Positions 29,922 to 39,209 of a DNA stretch of 62,045 nt are shown here, one piece after another. The stretch's first letter is position 1. Each line of letters starts with the position of its first letter. The DNA is from Candidatus Saccharimonadota bacterium (GTDB taxonomy: Bacteria > Patescibacteriota > Saccharimonadia > Saccharimonadales > Saccharimonadaceae): the NCBI GenBank assembly GCA_014379635.1, contig JACMLL010000033.1, positions 1 through 62,045 on the forward strand, written 5' to 3'. The position numbers were made by a program, and so were the translations under genes. Below the pieces are notes generated by a model. That model saw only the letters and a list, made by a program, of their open reading frames with translations. It ran no database searches and was not told the DNA's origin.

Positions 29922-30521
29922 ATGGAAGCAACTTTTCTACAACGACATCCCTTCTTAAAAGATGTGCTTAATATTAGCGTATTTATTATTGCTGTATTAA
30001 TTGGTACCTTACTCATCAACACGTTCGTCTTTCGTAGTTTTAGCGTTATAGGCCCAAGCATGGAAACAACCCTCTATACAAACGACCGTTTGGTTGTCAA
30101 CCGTTTACCAATTACACTGGCTCAACTTCAGAATAAAACATATATTCCAGAGCGTGGCCAAGTTATTGTCTTTAAGAACCCCAACTACACTATCGGACTG
30201 GGCGATGAATATATCGTAAAGCGAGTTATCGCCTTTTCAGGAGAGCGCGTTGTCTTGAATAATGGACAATACACGGTCTACAATAGCCAGTTCCCGGAAG
30301 GCTTCAATCCTGACGATGCGAATCAAGGAGAACCCGGTAACCCCACCACCGGCGAAATTGATACAGTTGTCCCCCAAAACGAGCTGTTCGTATCTGGCGA
30401 TCACCGACAAGGCAGTTATTCGCTTGATTCGCGCAACGGCCTCGGAACCATTCCTTCCTATGACGTTGTCGGACCTGTCGGTCTGAGGATTTTTCCGTTC
30501 GATAAAATACGCGGCTTTTAA
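29922..30521 (+). CDS. lepB: Signal peptidase I
   Basis: GPSMETTL, IVKRVIA, GDHR..SLDSR. Confidence 0.94.
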   Translation: MEATFLQRHPFLKDVLNISVFIIAVLIGTLLINTFVFRSFSVIGPSMETTLYTNDRLVVNRLPITLAQLQNKTYIPERGQVIVFKNPNYTIGLGDEYIVKRVIAFSGERVVLNNGQYTVYNSQFPEGFNPDDANQGEPGNPTTGEIDTVVPQNELFVSGDHRQGSYSLDSRNGLGTIPSYDVVGPVGLRIFPFDKIRGF

Positions 30522-30610
30522 TCAAGTTTATCCAAAAAATATGCCTAAAACAGAAGAAAAACTATAGACTAGATCGCCCGACAGCGCAATAGTAATTACT
30601 AAGGCTTATA

Positions 30611-31795
30611 TCAACGCGAAACACGGAAACCAATTTGGGAACCAGTACTGTGTGGCGCATTGTACAAACCAAGCGCAAACACGCCAGCCCCGTTGCCATC
30701 GTATACGGTGCCTCCTCGAACGAAGCCGCGCGTGTTATAGCCACCGCTATTATTTTGCAGCTGACCAATTCCTTGAGCCGAACCCCAACTAGACGCAGCT
30801 GGCGTACCGTAACTCGGAGCGGCCAACGCCGGCATTCCATTCATCAAGAGGGTGTTCCACTCTTTCCAGTCGTACTGACCAGTCCCGTCACTCCGCGCCG
30901 GTTCGTTGCCGGTGATAGTGCCGGTTGTCCATTCCCAAACATTGCCAGCTAAATCCCAAATAACTTCACGGTTAGTTAGAGTCAGAGTACGGCGTTGATT
31001 AGAGGGGCTACTTTGGCCGGTGCCACTGTAGCCGTTGGTATCGTTTTGATCAGCCTCCAGAAGGTCGCCTGTCTCAGTATCGTTGTGCCCACTGTAAACA
31101 TACCCAGACCCGACCGCTCCGCCGCTCCAGTTACTAGCCACACTTACGACGTTATGGGCGATAGTCAGCCATTCAGCTTCAGAGATGAGGTGGCAGCCGG
31201 TACAGGCGGCCGAAGCGGTTGAAGTAGAGGTTGTTGTCTGAGAAATACTGACCCATGGCACGCCAGTAGCTTGGCTGGTGGCAACGCCGCTGACATTTTT
31301 GGCCTCGTACTTCATAGTACAGAAGTTGCTTGTGCCGAAAGTACTATTACCTGGTACGACAATAAAGCCGGCCGGACAGATGGTGCCGTTGGTCATAACT
31401 CCCGAACAGGTACCCTCAACTGGCGTTCCGTCACTGTTAATATTATAGTTACGGCCACTGTTCATAGCATTCAGACAGAAAGTCTGTGGGTTGACAGAGT
31501 TATTAACCTGAAAAGCAGTGTAGCTACTACCAGGACTAGCCTTCAAACAAATACTGTCCGCTACCGGAGTAGCGCTACAATCGTTAACTGTTGGATAAGT
31601 GCCGTTTTCAACCTGATATAACTTCAAGAGTTTCGAGGCATTGGTTAGGTCCGATGATAATGAGGCGACGGTGGCTTTTTGCTGAACGCCGCTATAGGCG
31701 ACAATCGTAACGGCAGCTAAGATACCAATAACAACAATAACAACGAGAAGTTCGACAATAGTAAAACCTGTTTGTTTTTCTGACGGTTTGCGCAT
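30611..31795 (-). CDS. Type IV pilin/pseudopilin fused to an FGE-sulfatase (C-type lectin fold) domain
   Basis: QTG|FTIVELLVVIVVIGILAA prepilin motif; MKYEA, LISEAEW, WDLAGNVWEWT, RGG, GFRV; start at MRKPS. Confidence 0.88.
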   Translation of the reverse strand: MRKPSEKQTGFTIVELLVVIVVIGILAAVTIVAYSGVQQKATVASLSSDLTNASKLLKLYQVENGTYPTVNDCSATPVADSICLKASPGSSYTAFQVNNSVNPQTFCLNAMNSGRNYNINSDGTPVEGTCSGVMTNGTICPAGFIVVPGNSTFGTSNFCTMKYEAKNVSGVATSQATGVPWVSISQTTTSTSTASAACTGCHLISEAEWLTIAHNVVSVASNWSGGAVGSGYVYSGHNDTETGDLLEADQNDTNGYSGTGQSSPSNQRRTLTLTNREVIWDLAGNVWEWTTGTITGNEPARSDGTGQYDWKEWNTLLMNGMPALAAPSYGTPAASSWGSAQGIGQLQNNSGGYNTRGFVRGGTVYDGNGAGVFALGLYNAPHSTGSQIGFRVSR

Positions 31796-31895
31796 ACACG
31801 TAGTGTAACACTTCATTCGCTGGAGCCACAAGCGGCATTGAGCCATTAATTCAACGACTTACCACAAGTCTATTATAATGAGCCTGGAGTGTAAA

Positions 31896-32780
31896 TTACT
31901 TCTCCAAAAGCTTTTGAATCCGCCTGAAATCTTCATCACTGGCAAACTTAATTACAATCTGCCCTGCACCTTTTGTATTGGTTCGCACGCTGACATCGGT
32001 TGAAAAACGCGTAGCAATCCTTTTCGTGTCATCCTGGTACGGAGACTGGGCTGGAGCTTGCTTTGATTTATTGTCATGCGTTTGTTTAAGCTGAACAATG
32101 TATTGTTCAGTCCGGCGGGCGCTCCATTCCTGTTGAATAATTTGAGGTAATAACTTATTTATAAGTGCTTCGTCGAGCCCAATAAGGGGACGGACCTGGC
32201 CCTCGCTCACTTTTCTCTCAGCCAGTGCGGTGCGTACTGACATGGGCAATTTTAGTAGACGCAGCGTGTTACTGACTGCACTGATTGATTTTTTACCAAC
32301 CCGCTGCCCTATTTGTTCAAGTGTTAAATTAAATTGATCACGAAGCTTCATATAAGCCGTGGCTGTTTCGACAATATTCAAGTCACGTCGTTGCAAGTTT
32401 TCAATTAACGAAAGTTCTAATTTGTGCTGGCCGCTTAGCGTCCTGACTAACGCTGGAATCTTATCAAGACCAACCAGTTTTGCTGCTCGATAACGACGTT
32501 CCCCCGCTACAATCTGATAGCCACCCCTATAGGGAGTCACCACGATAGGCTGCAAAATACCATGCTCGGCAATCGATGCCGCCAAATCCTCAAGTGCGGC
32601 CTCTTCAAATTGACGGCGCGGTTGGTCAGGATCGGCCACAATCTCAGTCAGCTTAATATGACGCATCTCGCTCACCTTCTGATCCTGAGCGGCAGTTGGG
32701 TCAAATGACTCGTCCAGCAACTCTATCGGAATAAGCGATTCAAAACCGCGTCCAAGTCCTTTTTTATTAGATGTTGACAC
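31896..32780 (-). CDS. parB: ParB/Spo0J partitioning protein
   Basis: GLGRG..SLI, PDQPRR.F, GILQPI, AGERRYRA, IENLQR. Confidence 0.96.
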   Translation of the reverse strand: MSTSNKKGLGRGFESLIPIELLDESFDPTAAQDQKVSEMRHIKLTEIVADPDQPRRQFEEAALEDLAASIAEHGILQPIVVTPYRGGYQIVAGERRYRAAKLVGLDKIPALVRTLSGQHKLELSLIENLQRRDLNIVETATAYMKLRDQFNLTLEQIGQRVGKKSISAVSNTLRLLKLPMSVRTALAERKVSEGQVRPLIGLDEALINKLLPQIIQQEWSARRTEQYIVQLKQTHDNKSKQAPAQSPYQDDTKRIATRFSTDVSVRTNTKGAGQIVIKFASDEDFRRIQKLLEK

Positions 32781-33534
32781 GCGCTAGTACCTCCTTGGAA
32801 AGTGCTTTATAGGCTCTGGCACCTTTTGAAAATCTATCATACACACCAACAGGCAGACCATGACTTGGTGCTTCTGCCAGACGAATATTTCTAGGAATGG
32901 TCGTGTTAAATACCTTGCCCGGAAAATGCTTTTTAATTTCTTGGTGAACTTGACCGCTCAGTGTCGTACGGGAATCTATCATCGTTGGTAGTACGCCGAG
33001 TAGTTCCAAGGTTGGGTTCATCCCCTTCCGGACAAGTTTCATCGTTTCAAGCAGCTGTCCCAGACCCTCAAGGGCATAAAATTCAGCCTGTACCGGTAGC
33101 AGTACATAGGTTGCCGCAATCAAACCATTCACCGTCAGCAAGCTCAAGCTTGGTGGACTGTCAATAATAACGATATCGTAACCCTGTTGGCTTGCTTCAA
33201 TGGCAGCTTTTAAACGAGAAAATCGCCTATCGGCCTGCGCCAACTGCACTTCGGTATTAGCCAGCAGTGGCGTCGTAGGTGCCAAGTAGAGATTTTTATG
33301 TGCAGTCGGGATAACAATCTGATCGAGCGTCATTACTTCCATAACAACATCAGCCATCGTGCCTTGCAACAATTGTTTATCAATCCCCAGACCGCTCGTC
33401 GCATTACCCTGAGGATCAAAGTCAACAAGCAACGTCTTTTTGCCAGACTTCGCAATATAATACGCCAAGTTAACCGCGGTGGTTGTCTTGCCAACTCCAC
33501 CCTTTTGATTGGTCACTGAAATTACCGTCGCCAC
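32767..33534 (-). CDS. parA: ParA/Soj ATPase
   Basis: NQKGGVGKTT, DFDPQGNATSGLG, IDSPPSL, RLAEAPSHG; GTG start after GAGGGA RBS. Confidence 0.96.
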   Translation of the reverse strand: MATVISVTNQKGGVGKTTTAVNLAYYIAKSGKKTLLVDFDPQGNATSGLGIDKQLLQGTMADVVMEVMTLDQIVIPTAHKNLYLAPTTPLLANTEVQLAQADRRFSRLKAAIEASQQGYDIVIIDSPPSLSLLTVNGLIAATYVLLPVQAEFYALEGLGQLLETMKLVRKGMNPTLELLGVLPTMIDSRTTLSGQVHQEIKKHFPGKVFNTTIPRNIRLAEAPSHGLPVGVYDRFSKGARAYKALSKEVLARVNI

Positions 33535-33581
33535 GTGTCTGTTTCCCTCTCTCTTTTGCCCCATTATACCATGAGCATATA

Positions 33582-33611
33582 CAAAAATCCCCGCTGATTT
33601 GCGGGGATTTT
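33582..33611 (-). terminator. Intrinsic terminator after rplU
   Basis: AAAAATCCCCGC-TGATTT-GCGGGGATTTTT. Confidence 0.75.
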
Positions 33612-33617
33612 TACTAT

Positions 33618-33929
33618 TTACTGGTTGATTGAAGTAATTTCAATTTTTGAGTATTTTTGGCGATGTCCGTTTTCTTTGTGAACGCGCTTTTTTGATTTGT
33701 AGCGGATCACACGGATTTTTTCACCCTTTACGAGGTCGTCGATAACCGTTGCGGTTACCGTGACACCTTTGACAGTTGGCATACCAATGTGCGTTTTATC
33801 GCCGTCAATAACCAACAGTGCATCAAGCGTGAGCTCTTTTGTGCCTTCCTGGAGGAGGTCCACCAGTAGGGTCTCTTTTTCGGCGACAATAAATTGTTTG
33901 CCACCGATCTTAACGACTGCTTTTGTCAT
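33618..33929 (-). CDS. rplU: 50S ribosomal protein L21
   Basis: AVVKIGGKQF, KGEKIRV, GHRQ. Confidence 0.96.
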   Translation of the reverse strand: MTKAVVKIGGKQFIVAEKETLLVDLLQEGTKELTLDALLVIDGDKTHIGMPTVKGVTVTATVIDDLVKGEKIRVIRYKSKKRVHKENGHRQKYSKIEITSINQ

Positions 33930-33994
33930 ATTGTTCCTTTAACGTTTAACTAATCAGTTGCTAATTGTAACAGATACAGGGGTTGAGTGCAAGA

Positions 33995-34378
33995 CTAGGC
34001 GTCGTGGTTGTTTTGTAAAGCGTCAATCCGACTGTGATCCAGTCCGTAATAATGCGCAATTTCGTGCCAAAGTGTGCGTTTGATTTGTTCAAAAAGCTGG
34101 GTTTCAGTCTGGACGACCGCCAAAATAGGATTCTTGAATAACGTAATCTTATCAGGTAGCACGAACGTATAGCCAGCTCCCCGCTTGGTCAGCGGTATGC
34201 CTTCGTACAAACCAAGTAAAATGTTCCCTTCGCCCAAATGAGCCTTGGCGCGCTGATGCTCGTCGGGGTCATCGGCGTAGACAATCACGACGTTGTTTAG
34301 GCCTTTGATATATTTCTGGGGCAGTTCGTCCATCGCGCGACTGATCAGTTGGTCGAATTCGTTGTCTGACAGATTCAT
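33995..34378 (-). CDS. Minimal zincin-like metallopeptidase (Zincin_1/DUF1025 type)
   Basis: LLGLYEGIPL, PDKITLF, HEIAHYYG. Confidence 0.88.
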   Translation of the reverse strand: MNLSDNEFDQLISRAMDELPQKYIKGLNNVVIVYADDPDEHQRAKAHLGEGNILLGLYEGIPLTKRGAGYTFVLPDKITLFKNPILAVVQTETQLFEQIKRTLWHEIAHYYGLDHSRIDALQNNHDA

Positions 34379-34408
34379 ATACTAAGTGTATAGGACTTTC
34401 GCGCTTTT

Positions 34409-34606
34409 CTATTCATCCGAAAAGGTAAACCATTCAGGATCTTCATGGATATCGTCGACGACATGATTCCAAAACGACTCGAGGCTCACTTCGTCAAGCT
34501 GTTCGTCGAGATCGATATCGTGTCGTTGTTGGTGCGCGGCAGAAATCTCATCTTCGTCAGATGATGAATCAATCGGCTGAAACTGGAGGTAATTAAGAAG
34601 TGGCAT
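34409..34606 (-). CDS. Small acidic hypothetical protein
   Basis: 65-aa ORF with its own TTGACA-17-TAATAT promoter (34664-34636). Confidence 0.65.
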   Translation of the reverse strand: MPLLNYLQFQPIDSSSDEDEISAAHQQRHDIDLDEQLDEVSLESFWNHVVDDIHEDPEWFTFSDE

Positions 34607-34700
34607 ATGTTTGTGTGTTTAGTGTTACTGTACCTATATTAGCACAAACATTATGTTTTGTCAATCAACTTACCTATTCGTCGTCGCTTAATGCGGTAGT

Positions 34701-35090
34701 TTACGCTCTTTTGCTAAGCAGCTGAATTGCAGAAGCAATGCCCCAGCCAATCAGCGTATAGACAAGTGCGGCGACCAGTGTTTCTAGCTCGAGGCGTGAT
34801 ACACCGGCTTGAAATTGACTGACCTGAAGCAGTCCTCTAAAGCCAGCCACAAACGGATCGGTAAGAGTATAAACAAAGTTGGCAAATTGATTCTCAAGAT
34901 TAGCGCCCAAAAGTGCCAGCACAACTCGCACCAATAGGAATGTCACGACTAAAGCTGTTATAAACCAAACTACACGTACCCCGCGATTAACGTGTTCGTC
35001 GCGTCCTTCATAATTTACCTTGCGAGTGACGACGCGCTGACCGTCACGGTCTTCTTGTTGTTCTGTGACCTGTTCAGTTGTATTAACCAT
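34701..35090 (-). CDS. YggT-like membrane protein
   Basis: RVVLALLGAN..N.FANFVY.LTDPFVA.F; GGAGG RBS before MVNTT. Confidence 0.75.
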   Translation of the reverse strand: MVNTTEQVTEQQEDRDGQRVVTRKVNYEGRDEHVNRGVRVVWFITALVVTFLLVRVVLALLGANLENQFANFVYTLTDPFVAGFRGLLQVSQFQAGVSRLELETLVAALVYTLIGWGIASAIQLLSKRA

Positions 35091-35180
35091 CTGACTACCT
35101 CCCAATACTACTTAGGTTGTTGCATCCTAATTATACTACCAAACTCCTATTGCCGACTAGTGAGTCAGGTGTGGACTGTT

Positions 35181-38039
35181 TTAGGCTTTTTCCAAGGAAA
35201 GCGATAATACTGCGTCCCCGACCGTTACCGTCACTTGGTAACCATAGGTCTTAGTTGAAAGCGAGCGAGCCAATGTTTCAACAGCGATGACATCACTATG
35301 CTCGTCAATAGCTGTCTGAAGCTCATCGTTGTGGGTCACAAGGCTGAGCGCAATCCTGTCATCCACGTTCAGTCCTGCTTGTTTACGGGCGCTTTGGACG
35401 TGGCGGATAATCTCGCGAGACAGACCCTCACGCTTCAATTCTGGCGTGATTGCTAAATCAAGCCTCAGCTCATCACCTTGGAGTACGGTTTTAACATTCA
35501 GCTCTTCAGTCAAGATATCACTAAAATTTACAAACTCACCAAGTGTTGGCACGGTTACGCTCGCCAAAGGCTGACGAATCTTGAGACGTTCTTTGGCGCG
35601 AATGCTTAAAGCTTGATTCACATAATCCCGAACCGTTTCCATATCCTGAATAACAAGCTCGTTAATATATCCTGTTTTTGGCCAATCAAGTAAGTGAACA
35701 CTCTCTCCGCCTGTTAATTTCTGGTACAATTCTTCGGCCAAGAACGGTGTAAACGGTGCCAGTACTTGGCTAAGCTGAACAAGTATATAATGCAATGTTC
35801 TGTAGGCATTATTTTTATCGGTATCATCACCCGACTTCCAAAAGCGGCGGCGGCTGCGACGAACATACCAGTTACTGGCGTCTTCGATAAACGGTAAAAT
35901 TGGCTTGACGGCATTTGGAATATCGTACTCATCCATGTGCTTCTCAATGCTTTGGGTGAGCTGGTGAACGCGACTCACTATCCATTGGTCAAGCGGATTT
36001 TCAAGCTGCTTGGTCGGATCGGACATATCGCCCTTAAACTCCCAGCCGTCGACTTCAGCATACATTGTAAAGAAATCGTACATATTACCAACCATCGCCA
36101 GCTTGCGGTTGACGTCGGCAACTTCTTTATCCTGCAAGGCAAAGTCTTCACCGCTAAGAAGTGGACTTTGGAGTAGCAAGAAGCGTAGTGCATCGGCGCT
36201 ATATTCATCCATGAGCTCGTTTGGATCGGTGAAGTTACCATACGATTTACTCATCTTGCGACCATCGTTACCAGCAACGTTACCGGTCACAATAACGTTC
36301 TTGAAGGCATTCTTGCCAAACAACCCGATACTCACTGCATGTACATAGTAAAACCATGCACGAACCTGCCCGACATACTCGACGATAAAATCACCTGGGA
36401 AATTAGCTTCAAACTTTTCGACATTCTCGAACGGATAATGGAATTGCGCGAATGGCATACTACCCGCCTCAAACCAGCTATCTATCACTTTGTCGATGCG
36501 TGTATAGGTAACATCGTCGACATCAAAAGTAATGTCATCGACCCATGGGCGGTGATAATCGTCCAGTTCTCTGCCGCTTAACTCTTTGAGTTCAGCGTAG
36601 CTACCGACAACCTTAATATGTTCTTTGCCCGTCGCATCGATACCTTTCCAGACAGGCATCGCCGTCGCCCAAAAACGATCACGACTTAGGTTCCAGTCTG
36701 GCGCGGTCTGGACTGTCTTTTCGAACCGTCCGTGCTTGATGTGTGGCGGGAACCAATTGATATTTTCGGTATTTTCTTCGAGCATCTGCTGGCGCTGTCC
36801 ATCAATATCCATAAACCAACTGGGGTGAGCACGGTACATGAGTTTAGTGCCACAACGATGGCAATGCGGATAACTGTGGCGGATGTAATCAATTTTCCAG
36901 ACAACGCCTTGAGCGTGCAAGTCTTTGGCTATCGTCTTGTTAATATCCCAGACGTACTCGCCTTTCCACTGCCCCTCGGTAAAGTGACCGGTTTCATCGA
37001 TAGTATGAACTACCGGAATATTGAAGGTTTTCGCAAGATTAAAGTCTTCTTCACCGTATGCAGGGGCGAGATGAACAATACCTGTACCATCTTCCACACT
37101 GACGTAGTCGGCATCCCAAATTTCATGAGCATTCTCACCTCGATCATTAAACAATGGTTCGTATGTTTGATGAACAAGTTCATTACCCAGGAATGTGCGG
37201 ATCAAGTTATAGTCTAAAGCCTTATGTTTCTCGTCCGTTAATACTTTTCCGAGTAAGTCTTTTGCTAAAATCAAATGTTCACCATCTAACTCAACTTCAG
37301 CGTATTGTATATCGCCATTAACAGCGACCGCAGTATTTGCCGGTAATGTCCAAGGTGTTGTCGTCCAGGCAAGTAAATAAGCATCTCTGTCAGTTAATTT
37401 GAACTTTACGTAAACACTTGGATCGGTTACGTCCTGATAAGCGCCGCTATCCATGGTAACTTCGGCCTTACTGAGCGGCGTTGCGTCCTGCGTACAGTAC
37501 ATAAGGACCTTTTCGCCTTCGTAGATTTTACCCTTTTTATAGAGTTCCTTGAATGCCCACCAAACAGACTCCATATAATCTTTGTCCATGGTCTTGTATG
37601 ATCCTTGGAAGTCGACCCAGCGGCCAACCCGACTAATAGTATCTTCCCACAGCGAACTCGTCTGCACCATGTTTTCGCGAGCAGCAATAATATATTTTTC
37701 CAAACCGTAGTCAAGAACGTCTTGTTTACCTTTCAGGCCAAGTTTCTTTTCGGTGTACACCTCAGCTGGTAGCCCATGGCAGTCCCATCCCCAGACACGC
37801 TCCACCCGCTTACCTTTCATCGTCTGATAGCGCGGTATGGCGTCTTTAACGATACTCGAAAGAAGCGTTCCGTGATGGGGTACGCCGGTAATGAACGGAG
37901 GACCGTCATAAAAGACGTAGGCGTTATCCTTAGGACGTTGCTCAATTGATTTTTCGAACGTCTTGTTCGTTTTCCATTGTGCGACGATATCTTTTTCGTA
38001 GTCAACGGCACGGCGGCGAGTATTGGCTTTGAACTTCAT
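35181..38039 (-). CDS. ileS: Isoleucine--tRNA ligase, type 2 (archaeal/eukaryote-like)
   Basis: FYDGPPF, GWDCHGLP, WTTTPWTLP.N, DWNLSR.RFW, KMSKS, NWYVRRSRRRFW, IRQPL; start at MKFKA. Confidence 0.96.
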   Translation of the reverse strand: MKFKANTRRRAVDYEKDIVAQWKTNKTFEKSIEQRPKDNAYVFYDGPPFITGVPHHGTLLSSIVKDAIPRYQTMKGKRVERVWGWDCHGLPAEVYTEKKLGLKGKQDVLDYGLEKYIIAARENMVQTSSLWEDTISRVGRWVDFQGSYKTMDKDYMESVWWAFKELYKKGKIYEGEKVLMYCTQDATPLSKAEVTMDSGAYQDVTDPSVYVKFKLTDRDAYLLAWTTTPWTLPANTAVAVNGDIQYAEVELDGEHLILAKDLLGKVLTDEKHKALDYNLIRTFLGNELVHQTYEPLFNDRGENAHEIWDADYVSVEDGTGIVHLAPAYGEEDFNLAKTFNIPVVHTIDETGHFTEGQWKGEYVWDINKTIAKDLHAQGVVWKIDYIRHSYPHCHRCGTKLMYRAHPSWFMDIDGQRQQMLEENTENINWFPPHIKHGRFEKTVQTAPDWNLSRDRFWATAMPVWKGIDATGKEHIKVVGSYAELKELSGRELDDYHRPWVDDITFDVDDVTYTRIDKVIDSWFEAGSMPFAQFHYPFENVEKFEANFPGDFIVEYVGQVRAWFYYVHAVSIGLFGKNAFKNVIVTGNVAGNDGRKMSKSYGNFTDPNELMDEYSADALRFLLLQSPLLSGEDFALQDKEVADVNRKLAMVGNMYDFFTMYAEVDGWEFKGDMSDPTKQLENPLDQWIVSRVHQLTQSIEKHMDEYDIPNAVKPILPFIEDASNWYVRRSRRRFWKSGDDTDKNNAYRTLHYILVQLSQVLAPFTPFLAEELYQKLTGGESVHLLDWPKTGYINELVIQDMETVRDYVNQALSIRAKERLKIRQPLASVTVPTLGEFVNFSDILTEELNVKTVLQGDELRLDLAITPELKREGLSREIIRHVQSARKQAGLNVDDRIALSLVTHNDELQTAIDEHSDVIAVETLARSLSTKTYGYQVTVTVGDAVLSLSLEKA

Positions 38040-38061
38040 CTTGTTTCCTTTCTGAAAAAAC

Positions 38062-38256
38062 AAAAAAATCCCTATTTAGTCACTGGAATCCGCGCGAGCG
38101 GACGGTACCATCCAGTTTCTAAAAAGAGATTCTTCTTAGCGCTTAGTTGTTCGATCTAACGAGTCGATCATCGTTCGGTTCTACTCTCACTGCTGATTTC
38201 TTCCGAAAAACATTTGCGGGTGATAGCCGCTTATCCCACGTAGCAGGAATGTTTCA
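38062..38256 (-). promoter_or_regulatory. T-box riboswitch (Ile, AUC specifier) with probable terminator
   Basis: Antiterminator ACTGGA-TGGTACC-GTCCGC..GCGGAT-TCCAGT; Stem II TCGGAAGAA..AGTAGAACCGA; short Stem I with loop GCGGCT-ATC-A; hairpin plus U tract. Confidence 0.88.
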
Positions 38257-38262
38257 CCTATA

Positions 38263-38291
38263 ATCTTACCGTGATTCGTCGTCGTTAGCAA
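38263..38291 (-). promoter_or_regulatory. Promoter of the T-box/ileS transcript
   Basis: TTGCTA-17 nt-TAAGAT. Confidence 0.6.
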
Positions 38292-38320
38292 CTCCAGAAG
38301 CAAATTGTTCGGTCTGTACC

Positions 38321-38953
38321 CTAGGCAAGCAATTCGCTGCCATATTTTATAACAATTCCAGCCACGACGGCCACAACAAGTATAGCTAAGCTAAATTTAT
38401 CATAATCTTTTTTTATAAACTCTTTTGCTCGTTTTGCCAGTCTAGCCGACAAGTACAAGTTGTTCTCGCGGATATTGTAACGAGTCATCGAGAAAAAGAC
38501 GAAAGTCGTTGATAGCGTAACGAGTAAACACCATGGACACAATGCCTGAATAACAAACATACTCATGTACAACAAATAATACGCAAATACAAACCCGAGT
38601 GCATAACATATTTGAGCCACAAACATAAACTTGCGCGGAAACTTTACACCGGACAAGCCAGCAATAGCGACCGTAATAACGACCGGTTCGGCAAGTAACC
38701 CTAGAAAACTGTTCGGAAATCCAAATAAAGCAGCCGAAGGATGGCTAGCAACAGTCGCACAGTTAATGATTGCGTTAACACTACAAGTCAACACTGCGTT
38801 TGGGTTCCTGGCAAGCTCAACCGCTTCAACCGACAGAACAAAGGACGCAATAAGACTAAGTACTGCCCCAACGAGCATACTTGCAAAGATCCAACGATTA
38901 TCGCGTACCGCTTTGTCTTCGTGCGTAAAGTATACTTTTAATTTACTAAACAT
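38321..38953 (-). CDS. Vitamin K epoxide reductase (VKOR) family protein
   Basis: Loop cysteines CSVNAIINC, FGFPNS..G, CPWC active site, TM segments. Confidence 0.92.
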   Translation of the reverse strand: MFSKLKVYFTHEDKAVRDNRWIFASMLVGAVLSLIASFVLSVEAVELARNPNAVLTCSVNAIINCATVASHPSAALFGFPNSFLGLLAEPVVITVAIAGLSGVKFPRKFMFVAQICYALGFVFAYYLLYMSMFVIQALCPWCLLVTLSTTFVFFSMTRYNIRENNLYLSARLAKRAKEFIKKDYDKFSLAILVVAVVAGIVIKYGSELLA

Positions 38954-39203
38954 AATAGCTAACCTCGCTTATTGTTGGTAGTGGCAGGCCGCGCCACATA
39001 GTTTGCATAGCACTATCGTCCGACAGAGCGACAACCGTAGGATATTGCACGATATCATAAGCGCGGCAAAACTGCTCTCCTTCGACAGTCTCAGGATCAA
39101 TTGTTTCTAGGATGTGGCTTGTTTGTCGTTCAAAGTCACGTAAAAAATCAAGGACAGCACGAGCGTGGTCACTTTCATTCTTATAGACGATAACGACTTT
39201 CAT
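38946..39203 (-). CDS. Small thioredoxin/glutaredoxin-fold-like protein lacking CxxC
   Basis: beta-alpha-beta pattern with YDIVQYPTVV cis-Pro-like motif; fold is inferred. Confidence 0.6.
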   Translation of the reverse strand: MKVVIVYKNESDHARAVLDFLRDFERQTSHILETIDPETVEGEQFCRAYDIVQYPTVVALSDDSAMQTMWRGLPLPTISEVSYYV

Positions 39204-39209
39204 AAAAGC

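Noticed and set aside
30522..30610. DGR template repeat or IMH hairpin downstream of the pilin-CLec gene
   Set aside because: Only a short AT palindrome (TAGTAATTACTA); no adenine-variant copy of the variable region and no RT in the window.
31847..33620. parS site or origin near parAB
   Set aside because: No TGTTTCACGTGAAACA-like palindrome seen by eye.
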